A stretch of DNA of 64,000 nt from an uncultured Pelagibacteraceae bacterium (GTDB taxonomy: Bacteria; Pseudomonadota; Alphaproteobacteria; Pelagibacterales; Pelagibacteraceae), in the NCBI GenBank assembly GCA_902597175.1, contig CACJWN010000003.1:52642-116641 (forward strand), given 5' to 3'. The notes under the pieces are model-generated. The model had not been told where the DNA came from, searched no databases, and saw only the letters and a list, made by a program, of their open reading frames with translations. Shown one piece after another: positions 28,215 to 38,315 of this stretch; position 1 is the stretch's first letter, and every line of letters begins with the position of its first letter. The position numbers were made by a program, and so were the translations under genes.

Positions 28215-29373
28215 ATAGGTTTAATATTTTTTTAATACTCTCTCTTGCCCATTTATCAATACTAGTAATTTCATGAATATTTTTAGGGTTTCTTATAGCA
28301 TATTTTTTATAATTTCTGTCATTTAGTATCTTCATTATGGTTTTAGAAATGCTTAAAAATGGTATCTTTTTATTGAGAAACAGCTCAACTAATATTTCAT
28401 TAGCTCCATTTATAATAATAGATGTTGAGGGATATTCATTCACTCTATTTTTCAAAAAAATCACAGGAAATATTTTTTTATCAACTTTTTTAAAAACAAG
28501 ATTTTCAAATTTATCATTTTTCTTATCAATTTTATAAAATTCTTTAATATTTAATTTTCCATCAAATATTGCATTGGCTAGAGGAATTATCATTGATGTG
28601 TCATGGTAAATAAAAGTAATTAATCCATTTTTTTTTTTAACTATTGCGTGAACTAAAGAATTGGGGTGAATTATTATATCTAGTTTATTATTAGGTAGAT
28701 TAAAAAGTTTTTGAGCTTCAATTAATTCTAAGATTTTATTCATGAGCGTTGATGAGTCTATTGTAATTTTTTGTCCCATTTTCCACTTTGGATGTTTTAA
28801 AGCGTCTTTTGGAGAAATTGTACGAAGTTTTTGTTTTTTGTAATTCAAAAATGGGCCACCAGATGCAGTTAAATATATTTTTTCTATTTCGTTTTGATTA
28901 AGGTTTTCAATTAATTTGAAAATTGAATAATGTTCAGAGTCTACTGGAATTATTTTTGTATTATTTTTAGAAGCAAGTTTTTTCATTAAAGTCCATCCGC
29001 AAATAATTGATTCCTTGTTAGCAATCAAAATTTTTTTACTTAACTTTATAAATAACAATGTTGGTTCTAATCCTGCAATACCAGGAATAGCAGCGACACT
29101 AAGATCTAATTTTTTCAAATTAATTTCTTTAAAATTATTTAATATTTTAACCTGTTTATTTTTAAATTTTTTTTTTACCTTAAGATAAACTTTAAAATTA
29201 TTTATAATAAAATATTTTGGTTTATATCTTCTTATTTGATTGCAGATTAATCTATAGTTATTGTTTGCTGCTAAAAGAATAACCCTAAAAAAAAATTTTT
29301 TTTTATCTATTATTTTAAGTGTTGAAAGTCCTACTGATCCTGTAGATCCCAAAATTGAAATATTTTTTTTCAT
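28207..29373 (-). CDS. dxr: 1-deoxy-D-xylulose 5-phosphate reductoisomerase
   Basis: LGSTGS.G, ANKES, PVDSEH, LTASGGPF and HP.W.MG.KIT.DS.T.MNK motifs. Confidence 0.95.
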   Translation of the reverse strand: MKKNISILGSTGSVGLSTLKIIDKKKFFFRVILLAANNNYRLICNQIRRYKPKYFIINNFKVYLKVKKKFKNKQVKILNNFKEINLKKLDLSVAAIPGIAGLEPTLLFIKLSKKILIANKESIICGWTLMKKLASKNNTKIIPVDSEHYSIFKLIENLNQNEIEKIYLTASGGPFLNYKKQKLRTISPKDALKHPKWKMGQKITIDSSTLMNKILELIEAQKLFNLPNNKLDIIIHPNSLVHAIVKKKNGLITFIYHDTSMIIPLANAIFDGKLNIKEFYKIDKKNDKFENLVFKKVDKKIFPVIFLKNRVNEYPSTSIIINGANEILVELFLNKKIPFLSISKTIMKILNDRNYKKYAIRNPKNIHEITSIDKWARESIKKILNLYD

Positions 29374-30023
29374 TAAAATAATAAAATTAGAGAGATGAAA
29401 CCAAAAGGTATACCAAAAAATATACCGTCCAATCTATCTAAAACACCTCCGTGCCCTGGGAAAAAATTACCAGTGTCCTTAACATTTCCCTTTCTTTTTA
29501 AAAAAGAAAAAAATAAATCTCCTAGCTGGCAAAAAACTGAAGTTAGTATTCCAACTAGAAAAATTTTTATACTAGTTGTATTACTTAAATAAAAAAAACC
29601 AATCGAAAAAAATATACTCGCGAAAACTAAAGATCCGAAAGAACCTGAAATTGTTTTTTTAGGACTTATTTTTGATAATTTGGGACCCTTAAGAGTCTTG
29701 CCAACAATATATCCTCCAATATCTGAGGCTATACAGGTCACTAAAATCAGGAATAATAAAATTTTAAGTTGAAATATATTTGAAAAATAAAAAAAGAAAA
29801 AAGAAAATATGAAAATGAAGATTATAAATATAATATTTGAAAATAAAATGATCTTTGGTTCTTTATATATTTTATTTATTAAATTAGTAAACTCCATAAT
29901 AGATAACACTCCTAATACTATAAGAGTATAAATAAGTATAAATTTTGATATAAAAAACAATAAAGTGAGTAAAAGTAAAGCTATAGAGGTAAATATTCTT
30001 TTTTTTAAGTTTTTCTCAATCAT
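29373..30023 (-). CDS. cdsA: Phosphatidate cytidylyltransferase
   Basis: ISPKKT..G and GDL..S..KR...VKD.G...PGHGG.LDR.D motifs. Confidence 0.95.
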   Translation of the reverse strand: MIEKNLKKRIFTSIALLLLTLLFFISKFILIYTLIVLGVLSIMEFTNLINKIYKEPKIILFSNIIFIIFIFIFSFFFFYFSNIFQLKILLFLILVTCIASDIGGYIVGKTLKGPKLSKISPKKTISGSFGSLVFASIFFSIGFFYLSNTTSIKIFLVGILTSVFCQLGDLFFSFLKRKGNVKDTGNFFPGHGGVLDRLDGIFFGIPFGFISLILLF

Positions 30024-30685
30024 ATACCACCGTAATTTCTTTTTATTCTTTTAAACTTTTTAATAATATTTTTTAAATCAATAGACTTTAAATCTGGCCA
30101 CAGTTTTTTTAAAAAAAATAATTCAGTATAAGCAAGTTGCCATAACATAAAGTTACTAAGTCGTTGATTACCACCGGTCCTTATTAAAATTTCTGGGTCT
30201 GGCATGTTTTTTGTGTAAAGATTTTTTTCTAAATTTTTTAAGCTTATTTTTTTACTTTTTTTAACTGCCGTTATTATCTCATTTTTTGCTCCATAGTTTA
30301 TTGCTAAATTAACATTTATATTTTTATTTTTTTTGGTAAGATTTTCGCATTTGACAAGAGTCTTTTTGAGACCTGAAGGGAGTTCACTCATTTCTCCAAG
30401 AATATTAATTTTTATACCTTGTTTAGTTACATTATCTATTTCTTTATGAAAATAATTCTTAATAAGTTTGAATAAAAACTTAATTTCTGTTTTGGGACGT
30501 TTCCAATTTTCTGATGAGAATACGAAAAATGTAATGAAAGGGATTTTTAATTTTATTGAACTTCCAACAATTCTTTTAACTGTTTCAACTCCTTTTAGAT
30601 GCCCGTAATTTCTTCCTTTATTTTTATTTTTACCCCACCTACCATTGCCGTCCATTATAAAGGCAATATGGTTGAGTTTATTCAT
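30020..30685 (-). CDS. uppS: Undecaprenyl diphosphate synthase
   Basis: IMDGNGRW, FSSENWKRP, NYG and IRTGG..RLSNF.LWQ.AY.E motifs. Confidence 0.95.
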   Translation of the reverse strand: MNKLNHIAFIMDGNGRWGKNKNKGRNYGHLKGVETVKRIVGSSIKLKIPFITFFVFSSENWKRPKTEIKFLFKLIKNYFHKEIDNVTKQGIKINILGEMSELPSGLKKTLVKCENLTKKNKNINVNLAINYGAKNEIITAVKKSKKISLKNLEKNLYTKNMPDPEILIRTGGNQRLSNFMLWQLAYTELFFLKKLWPDLKSIDLKNIIKKFKRIKRNYGGI

Positions 30686-31242
30686 ATTTGAATTATCTCT
30701 TTTTCTTTTATTGACAGTATTTTCTCAATATTCTCTATATTTGTATCAGTTAATTTTTGAATATTTTTTTCATAATTTTTACTCTGGTCCTCAGAAATTG
30801 TCTTATCCTTTTGTTTTTTTTTTAATTCTTCATTAGCCTCACGTCTAATGTTTCTAATGGATACCCTTGATTTTTCTCCCATATTTTTTAAAATTTTAAT
30901 TAAGTCTTTTCTTCTTTCTTCAGTTAAATCAGGTATTCTAAGTCTTATTATTTGTCCGTCTATTTGTGGATTAATGCCAAGCTCTGATTTTTGGATCGCA
31001 GATTCAATAATAGATATATTTGACTTGTCCCATACTTGAATTGATATTAAACGTGCCTCTGGAACGCTTACTGTGCCAAGTTGCTCAATAGGCATTAATT
31101 GGCCATATACATCTATTTTTATTGTATCAAGCATATTAACGTTTGCCCTTCCAGTTCGTAAGGTGGATATATCTTTTTTTAAAGACTGTATGCTTTTATC
31201 CATTTTATTTGAATAATTTTTTTCATTGAATTCACTACTCAT
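30682..31242 (-). CDS. frr: Ribosome recycling factor
   Basis: RTGRAN, P.LTEERR and RNIRR motifs; start moved to ATG 31242. Confidence 0.95.
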   Translation of the reverse strand: MSSEFNEKNYSNKMDKSIQSLKKDISTLRTGRANVNMLDTIKIDVYGQLMPIEQLGTVSVPEARLISIQVWDKSNISIIESAIQKSELGINPQIDGQIIRLRIPDLTEERRKDLIKILKNMGEKSRVSIRNIRREANEELKKKQKDKTISEDQSKNYEKNIQKLTDTNIENIEKILSIKEKEIIQI

Positions 31243-31243
31243 A

Positions 31244-32110
31244 CTATATGCCTTCTCCAACTTTATACCTTATAAAATTTAATATTTTGATTTGTTTGGT
31301 TGATGAATTTTCTTTCAAAATCTCGGAAACTTTCTTTTTAGGGTCCATTATCCAAATTTGATTTAAAAGAGAATTATCATTTAAAAATTTTGTTATTTTA
31401 CCTTTAGCAATTTTTTCAACCATTTCACTAGCTTTGCCAGAATTAACTATTTCTGCTTTGATAATTTCAAGTTCTTTATTTACGATATCTTTATCAATAT
31501 CATCGCTGCTTATTGCTAATGGACTAGAGGCAGCTATGTGCATTGCTAACTTATTTCCTAGTTCCTCATTTTTACCTTTTGTAATACCTTCTAATGATAC
31601 TATTGAAATTATTTTTCCGATATTTTTTTCAGATGCAGAATGAACATAGAAAAAATTTAAACCTTTTTTGTTATCAAAAAAATCACATCTTCTGATTGTT
31701 ATTTTTTCACCAATTTTTGCTATTAAACTCACTAAATTATCTTTAACAAAGCCACCATTCTTCATTTTAGAGTTTTGCAGCTGGTTTAGGTCTCCTTTAA
31801 CAGAAAAATTAATCTTTGATAACTCTTTGCAGAAACTTATAAAATTTTCATTTTTTGCAACGAAATCAGTTTCACTATTTATCTCAATTATTGAAATTTC
31901 ACCGTCCTTTTCATTAACCAATACAAGACCATCAGCGGCTGTGCGATCCATTTTTTTAGATGCTTTTGCTATTCCTTTTTTTCTTAAAAACTCAATTGAT
32001 TTTTCAATATCGCCCTTGTTCTCATCTAATGCCACTTTGCAATCTTTAAATCCAACACCAGTTATTTCTCTGAGTTTTTTAATATTATCTAATAAGTCTT
32101 TATTTGACAT
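31244..32110 (-). CDS. tsf: Elongation factor Ts
   Basis: LRE.TG.G..DCK.AL, E.NSETDFVAKN and AMHIAA motifs. Confidence 0.97.
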   Translation of the reverse strand: MSNKDLLDNIKKLREITGVGFKDCKVALDENKGDIEKSIEFLRKKGIAKASKKMDRTAADGLVLVNEKDGEISIIEINSETDFVAKNENFISFCKELSKINFSVKGDLNQLQNSKMKNGGFVKDNLVSLIAKIGEKITIRRCDFFDNKKGLNFFYVHSASEKNIGKIISIVSLEGITKGKNEELGNKLAMHIAASSPLAISSDDIDKDIVNKELEIIKAEIVNSGKASEMVEKIAKGKITKFLNDNSLLNQIWIMDPKKKVSEILKENSSTKQIKILNFIRYKVGEGI

Positions 32111-32134
32111 AGGAGAATTATTTTAAATAGTGTT

Positions 32135-32869
32135 TTATTTTTTCTTAGACTCTGTTTTTTTTGTCTCTTCCTCAGTACCTTTAATAAATTTTTCAGCATC
32201 TTTAATTGTGTTTTTGAGAAGATCGCAATAAAGATTTATAGATCTACGAGCATCATCATTTCCAGGAATAGGATAATTTATACCTGTTGGGTCTGAATTT
32301 GTATCTAATACAGCTATAATTGGTATACCTAATTTTTTTGCTTCTGCTACAGCTAGAGACTCTATGTTTGTATCTATTATAAATATCAAATCTGGAGTTT
32401 TTTTCATTTCTGCTATACCTCCCAAAGATCTTGCAAGTTTTTCCTTCTCTTTTCCAAACTTTAATATTTCTTTCTTTGTGAAGCCTAAATTTTCTTTTGA
32501 TAATTGATCGTTCAATTTTTTTAATCTTTTAATTGAGTTTTGAATTGTGTTCCAGTTAGTCAACATACCACCTAGCCATCTGTAGTTTACGTAGTATTGA
32601 CCTGTATCGTTAGCAAGATCTTTAACCTGTTCAGATGCTTGTTTCTTTGTAGAAACTACAAGAATTTTACCGCCACCAGCTATGACTTTGTGTACCTGAA
32701 CTAGAGCGTTTTTAATAAATTCTACTGTTTGAGTAAGATCAATTATGTGAATAGAGTTTTTTTCACCAAAAATGAATTTTTTCATTTTTGGGTTCCACCT
32801 TAGAGTTTTGTGACCTAGATGTACACCAGCTTCAAGCAATTGTTTTATATCGACTTTTGGTACGTTCAT
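32135..32869 (-). CDS. rpsB: 30S ribosomal protein S2
   Basis: [28 protein letters not shown] and IPGNDDA motifs. Confidence 0.98.
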   Translation of the reverse strand: MNVPKVDIKQLLEAGVHLGHKTLRWNPKMKKFIFGEKNSIHIIDLTQTVEFIKNALVQVHKVIAGGGKILVVSTKKQASEQVKDLANDTGQYYVNYRWLGGMLTNWNTIQNSIKRLKKLNDQLSKENLGFTKKEILKFGKEKEKLARSLGGIAEMKKTPDLIFIIDTNIESLAVAEAKKLGIPIIAVLDTNSDPTGINYPIPGNDDARRSINLYCDLLKNTIKDAEKFIKGTEEETKKTESKKK

Positions 32870-32874
32870 AATTT

Positions 32875-32948
32875 TTTCCGGTTAATCCACCACAGTAATT
32901 CCATAAAATAAATGGACCGGTAGGAAATTATCCTTACAACTGTGTGCG
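32875..32948 (-). ncRNA. Structured rpsB 5' leader (t44-like, putative S2 autoregulatory element)
   Basis: Outer stem 32891-32896/32939-32944 encloses hairpins 32900-32916 and 32922-32934. CCGG segments at 32878-32881 and 32917-32920 could form the pseudoknot known in rpsB leaders. Confidence 0.65.
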
Positions 32949-32992
32949 AAATTATGATCTGATATATACAATCGATCTAAAAAATCAATACT

Positions 32993-35900
32993 CTAAAAAG
33001 TGATTTTTTCGACGTAATCCTTAGCATTTAGAGCATTATGATGATCTAAATCAAATTTTCTAGTTTTTTCAAGTGAATAATGAGCAATTTTGTTTTTATT
33101 TCTTATAACAAGTTGGACTTTAGTTTCACCATTTTTAGATAAGATATCTTTAATTTCATTAATATTAAAGTTTTCTTTTAATTCAATTGTTACTTTTGAG
33201 TAAGGTTTATTTATCACCTCTTCGAGACTCATAATTTTACGAACATTAATTCTTTTCTTTGTTGTTTCCCCAAGAATTTTATCTTTTTGTAGAGTGATCA
33301 CAAATGACTCGGACTCCTTCAGTTTATCTCTATTTTTTACTAAAATTTCTGCAAATAAAAATAGTTCAAATTCACCATTTTTATCACTAAATTTTACAAT
33401 AGCATAAGGTGTGCCCTTTGAGCTTTTTTTTTCTAGAATTGACATTACAGTACCAGCAACTAACCCTTCATTTTCTTCATCTCTATAGAATTTGTCAAAC
33501 TCTTTTACTTTTAGTTTATTAAATAAATCATTATATTCGGTTAGGGGGTGATCTGAAATATAGAACCCTACTGACTTAAATTCTTCAGCAAGTAACTCTT
33601 TTTTGGTCCAAGGATTTGAAGATAAAAATTCAAAATCGTTCTCGTAATTTTCATTAATTTCAAAAAGACTTGATTGATTATTATCTTTATCATGGTTTAT
33701 ATTTTTTATTTGTTGAATGATTTTGGGTATAGAAGTCAGAATTTTATTTCTGTCTCTATCAAATTCATCAAAGACACCTGCTTTTGTTAAACCCTCTAGT
33801 TGAAGTTTATTTACATCTTTAGGATTAACTCTTTTAATGAAATTGGTGAGAGATTTATACAAACCATTTTTTTCTCTCTCAACAATAATGTTGGAAATTG
33901 CTTCAAATCCAACATTTTTAATAGCGCCTAAACCATAATATATTTTTCCATCTAAAGCTTTAAACTCTGCGTAAGATTTATTTAATGAAGGTTTTATAAT
34001 TTCAATATTTAATCTTTTAATTTCACCAACAAATTCTCTTAATTTAGAAGTATTTGTAAGTTCAGTAGACATCGTTGCGGCTATAAAATCCTCTTTATAA
34101 TAAGTTTTAAGAAAAGCAGTCTGATAAGCAATTAAAGCGTAAGCAGCAGCATGACTTTTATTAAAACCATACTGGGCAAAAGGTTCAATTTTGGTGAAAA
34201 CAAAATTTGCCACATCTTTTGAGATGCCATTTTTTATCGCACCATTTATAAATCTCTCTTTTTGTCTATCTAGCTCAGCTTTTTTTTTCTTACCCATTGC
34301 TCTTCTTAATATGTCTGCTTCTCCTGCGGAAAAACCAGCAAGTGTCTGAGCTATTTGCATTACTTGCTCCTGGTAAATTATTATTCCATAAGTTGGTTCT
34401 AAAATTTTTTTTAAAACTGGATGGATATAGTCTGGCTCTTTCAATCCATTTTTACAATCATTATATATTGGGATATTGCTCATTGGTCCCGGACGATACA
34501 AAGCTACTAATGCGATAATATCATCAAACCTATTTGGTTTCATTTGTTTAATTGCTTCTCTCATACCAGCACTTTCTAATTGAAATAGTCCAGTAGTCTC
34601 TCCAGTTGATAATAAAGAAAAAACATTTTCATCATTTTGATTTATCTTATGAATATTTATTTCAATATTTTTTGTTTGTAATCTTTTTATGGTTTTATCA
34701 ATGATGGTTAAAGTTTTGAGACCCAAAAGATCAAATTTAACCAGTCCTGCATTTTCAGATGAATACATATCATACTGCGTTGAAGGTAAAATTAAATTAG
34801 AGGAATGGTCAATGTATAACGGAAATTGTTCAGCTAACATGTCTCCAGCAATAACAACTCCGGCTGCGTGTGTAGCCATATTTCTATTCAAACCTTCCAA
34901 TTTTAAAGATAGTTCAAGGAGTTTTTTTACCTTTGGATTGTTCTTAATTTCTTCTTTAAATCTTGGCTCTCTATCTATTGACTCCTGAAGAGTAAGTGGT
35001 CTAGACGGGTCAAATGGGACCATCTTACAAAGTCTATCAACATAACCATAGGACAATCCTAAAACTCTTCCAACATCTCTTAAAACCATTCTAGCTTTAA
35101 GTTTTCCAAAAGTAATTATGTGAGCAACTCCACCTTTATATTTATCTTTTAAGTATTCAAAAACTTGATCTCTTTTTTCCTCACAAAAATCAATATCAAA
35201 ATCTGGCATAGAAATTCTATCTGGATTTAAAAATCTTTCAAAAATTAAATCATACTCGATTGGATCAAGATCTGTGATATCTAAACAGTAAGCAACTAGA
35301 GAACCAGCACCAGAACCTCTACCTGGACCTACTGGAATTGAATTTTTTTTAGCCCATTTAATATAGTCTGATACGATTAAAAAGTAACTTGAGTAATCCA
35401 TGGAATTTATAATATTAATTTCATGGTTTAAACGATCCTCATAAATTTCTTTTAACTGATCTAGAGTTTTTGATTTATTTTTTTTTTGTATGAAATTTTT
35501 TAATCTTTGCTTAAGTCCATCTTTTGCTTGTATTTCAAGTTCTTCTTCTGGAGATTTATTTTGATTATTAGCTATTGATGGAAGGATCGGCTTGGATTTC
35601 TTGGGTTTAAAATTAAATCTTAAATGAAAGTTATAATTATTTTCTAATGCCTCGGGAATATCTGAATAAATTTTATCAATCTCATCTTGTTTTTTTAAGA
35701 AATGCTGATCGCTTAGTTTGAATCTATTTTTATCATCAATAAATCTTTTTTCTCCTATACATCTCAAAGCATCATGTGCTTCATACATTTCCTTGTTAAT
35801 ATAAAAAACTTCCTGAGTTGCTATGATTGGAATTTTTAGTGAATTTGAGCTATTTAAAAGGTAATTTTCAAAATTTTTTTCCTCGTTCTCATCATGTCTT

Positions 35901-36409
35901 TGAATTTCATAATAAAATCTATCTGGAAACTGGTTTTTAAGTTTCTTAACTATCTCATCTATATTTTTTAATTTATTTGATTGATATAGTTTTCCAAAAA
36001 AATCTCTGTAATTACCGGTTAGCATAATGAGATCTTTATTGTGAGCAATAAGATCTTTAACCTGGCATGACGGTACTTCTGTTTCTTTGCTATTAAGGTA
36101 GCTTAGTGAAGATAGTTTAGTTAAATTTTTATAACCTTCCTCGCTTTGTGCGTATAATGTTACTTTTCCAATAATATTTTGTTCTTTCAAATTTAATTGA
36201 GTTCCAACAATTGGTTGTGTACCTACCTTTGATAGCTTTTCCGAAAATTCTAATGCACCACACAAATTAAAACTATCTGCTAAACCTAGTGATTTTATCT
36301 CATTATTTTTACAATAATCAGCCAATTCATCAATTTTAATGGCACCTTCACAAATAGAATATTGTGTGTGAATTTTAATGTTGTTAAAACTTTTGCTTTT
36401 GACGTGCAT
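32993..36409 (-). CDS. dnaE: DNA polymerase III alpha subunit
   Basis: H..YS...G, GPGRGSGAGSL, FERFLNP.R.SMPDFD.DF, HAAG, KFD.LGL and YGFNKSH motifs; ATG 36409 taken as start. Confidence 0.97.
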   Translation of the reverse strand: MHVKSKSFNNIKIHTQYSICEGAIKIDELADYCKNNEIKSLGLADSFNLCGALEFSEKLSKVGTQPIVGTQLNLKEQNIIGKVTLYAQSEEGYKNLTKLSSLSYLNSKETEVPSCQVKDLIAHNKDLIMLTGNYRDFFGKLYQSNKLKNIDEIVKKLKNQFPDRFYYEIQRHDENEEKNFENYLLNSSNSLKIPIIATQEVFYINKEMYEAHDALRCIGEKRFIDDKNRFKLSDQHFLKKQDEIDKIYSDIPEALENNYNFHLRFNFKPKKSKPILPSIANNQNKSPEEELEIQAKDGLKQRLKNFIQKKNKSKTLDQLKEIYEDRLNHEINIINSMDYSSYFLIVSDYIKWAKKNSIPVGPGRGSGAGSLVAYCLDITDLDPIEYDLIFERFLNPDRISMPDFDIDFCEEKRDQVFEYLKDKYKGGVAHIITFGKLKARMVLRDVGRVLGLSYGYVDRLCKMVPFDPSRPLTLQESIDREPRFKEEIKNNPKVKKLLELSLKLEGLNRNMATHAAGVVIAGDMLAEQFPLYIDHSSNLILPSTQYDMYSSENAGLVKFDLLGLKTLTIIDKTIKRLQTKNIEINIHKINQNDENVFSLLSTGETTGLFQLESAGMREAIKQMKPNRFDDIIALVALYRPGPMSNIPIYNDCKNGLKEPDYIHPVLKKILEPTYGIIIYQEQVMQIAQTLAGFSAGEADILRRAMGKKKKAELDRQKERFINGAIKNGISKDVANFVFTKIEPFAQYGFNKSHAAAYALIAYQTAFLKTYYKEDFIAATMSTELTNTSKLREFVGEIKRLNIEIIKPSLNKSYAEFKALDGKIYYGLGAIKNVGFEAISNIIVEREKNGLYKSLTNFIKRVNPKDVNKLQLEGLTKAGVFDEFDRDRNKILTSIPKIIQQIKNINHDKDNNQSSLFEINENYENDFEFLSSNPWTKKELLAEEFKSVGFYISDHPLTEYNDLFNKLKVKEFDKFYRDEENEGLVAGTVMSILEKKSSKGTPYAIVKFSDKNGEFELFLFAEILVKNRDKLKESESFVITLQKDKILGETTKKRINVRKIMSLEEVINKPYSKVTIELKENFNINEIKDILSKNGETKVQLVIRNKNKIAHYSLEKTRKFDLDHHNALNAKDYVEKITF

Positions 36410-37085
36410 CAACACGTTTTATATTACCATCAGAAATAAACAACTTGTAATCAGCCCTGTTAGCAAGATCTCTATTGTGAGTTGCAAATATAATTGTTTT
36501 TTTTAATCTTTTTAATTTTAAAAATAGAGAAAATATTTCCTTTGAAGTTTTGTAATCCAAATTACCAGTTGGCTCGTCCGCAAGTATAACGTTTGTTTCC
36601 GAAATTAGAGCTCTGGCAATCGCTACTCTTTGTTGCTCGCCCCCCGAAAGTTGATTTGGAAAATGATTTGATCTATCAAGTATTTTCAATTCTTTTAATA
36701 TTTTCTCTGCTTTTTTCTTTATGATTTCCTTACTCTCACTTTTGATAATCAATGGCATTTTTACATTTTCTATTGCGGTAAAATCAGTTAATAAATTGTT
36801 ATCCTGGAATATGATCGAAATATTTTTTCTTCTTATTTCGTCCTTATTAATATTTGTTAATTTATTTGTGTCTATATTATTTAAAATAATTTTACCGTTT
36901 GTTGGTTCATCAAGTAATGCTAGAAGATATAGTAGTGATGATTTTCCTGATCCAGATGGGCCTACCAAAGCAACAAGCTCACCCTCTTTAATTTTTAAAT
37001 TAAAATTTTTAAATAAAGTTATAGATCCACTCACATGTTCAAAACTCTTTTTTAAATTTGAAATCTCAATATTTATTTTACTCAT
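36384..37085 (-). CDS. lolD: Lipoprotein-releasing ABC ATPase
   Basis: GPSGSGKS, LSGGEQQRVAIARAL and ADEPTGNLD motifs; follows lolC/E. Confidence 0.9.
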   Translation of the reverse strand: MSKINIEISNLKKSFEHVSGSITLFKNFNLKIKEGELVALVGPSGSGKSSLLYLLALLDEPTNGKIILNNIDTNKLTNINKDEIRRKNISIIFQDNNLLTDFTAIENVKMPLIIKSESKEIIKKKAEKILKELKILDRSNHFPNQLSGGEQQRVAIARALISETNVILADEPTGNLDYKTSKEIFSLFLKLKRLKKTIIFATHNRDLANRADYKLFISDGNIKRVDARQKQKF

Positions 37086-38310
37086 AACGTAAAGCTCTAA
37101 ATGTATTCATCTTTGAAATTTTTGTAGCAGGTAGATACGATGCTATTGCAGAAATTATAAGAGAAATAATAAAAATAATTAAAATAGAATAAAAATTTAT
37201 CTCATAGGGAAGCTCATCCAAAAAATAAATATCAGATGGAAAAATTTCCAAATCAAAAACTTTTGATAATAAGTTTCTTATTTTCTCAATATTCACTGAG
37301 AATAGAATTCCTAATAATATTCCACTCAATGTTGCAAAAAAACCGATTGTTAATCCAGTCAAAAAAAATGTTTTTTTTATAGATCGATTGGTGAAACCTA
37401 ATGTTTTCAAAATGGCTATTTCTTTTGTTTTATTTTTAATAAGAATAGTTAAACCTGAAATTATATTAAATGCAGCTACAATTATAATAAGTGAGAGAAT
37501 TATAAACATAACATTTCTTTCTACCTTAAGAGCACTGAAAAGAGACTTATTAAGATCAGACCAAGTATAAATGAAATAATTTTCATTTAATTTTTGAATA
37601 CTTTCCTTGTAAAAATTTGCTTTTAAGGGATCCTCTAAATAAATTTCAATATTTTGATCTTTGTCATCTTTGTTAAAAATTGATAATGCATCTTCGATGT
37701 TTATAAAAATTACATTTTGGTCAAATTCTATAAAACCAGTATTAAAGATACCTGCTACTTTAAAATTTTCTTGTTTTGGTAAATTTCCTAGTGGTGTACC
37801 TACAAAAGATGAGGTCATTAAATTAATAGTGTCATCTTTTTTTAAATTTAAATTAAACGCAAGCTCTGAGCCGATAAATACTTTGTTAATGTTAAAATTA
37901 TTTAGATCTCCTTGTGAAGTAAAATTTCTGAAAAATTCTATAATATTTTTTTCGCTTTTATCGATACCTTTTAAAATTACTCCCTTAGCTTTATCGTTGC
38001 TAATTACAATACCTTCTCCAGAATAAGACTTGCTTATAGTTATATCTTCAAAATCTTTTTTTAGTTTTGAAATATATCTTTTATCTATTTGAAAACTATT
38101 TGGTTGAATGACGACGTGAGGGTTAAGACCTAGAATTTTTTTAGTTAAATCTGTTTTAAAACCATTCATTACAGACATTACTATTATTAAAATAGCAACA
38201 CCAAGCATTATTCCTAAAAATGAAAATATTGAAATAACTTTTAGAAACCCTTCCTTCTTTTTAGGTCTAAGATTTCTTAATGAGATAAGCCTTTCTGCTC
38301 TAGTAAACAA
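37078..38310 (-). CDS. lolC: Lipoprotein-releasing ABC permease LolC/E
   Basis: GI.LGVA.LI.V.SVMNGF, E..VMF, AAFNI, EIAIL.T.G motifs and ALRYE end. Confidence 0.92.
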   Translation of the reverse strand: MFTRAERLISLRNLRPKKKEGFLKVISIFSFLGIMLGVAILIIVMSVMNGFKTDLTKKILGLNPHVVIQPNSFQIDKRYISKLKKDFEDITISKSYSGEGIVISNDKAKGVILKGIDKSEKNIIEFFRNFTSQGDLNNFNINKVFIGSELAFNLNLKKDDTINLMTSSFVGTPLGNLPKQENFKVAGIFNTGFIEFDQNVIFINIEDALSIFNKDDKDQNIEIYLEDPLKANFYKESIQKLNENYFIYTWSDLNKSLFSALKVERNVMFIILSLIIIVAAFNIISGLTILIKNKTKEIAILKTLGFTNRSIKKTFFLTGLTIGFFATLSGILLGILFSVNIEKIRNLLSKVFDLEIFPSDIYFLDELPYEINFYSILIIFIISLIISAIASYLPATKISKMNTFRALRYE

Positions 38311-38315
38311 TGTTT

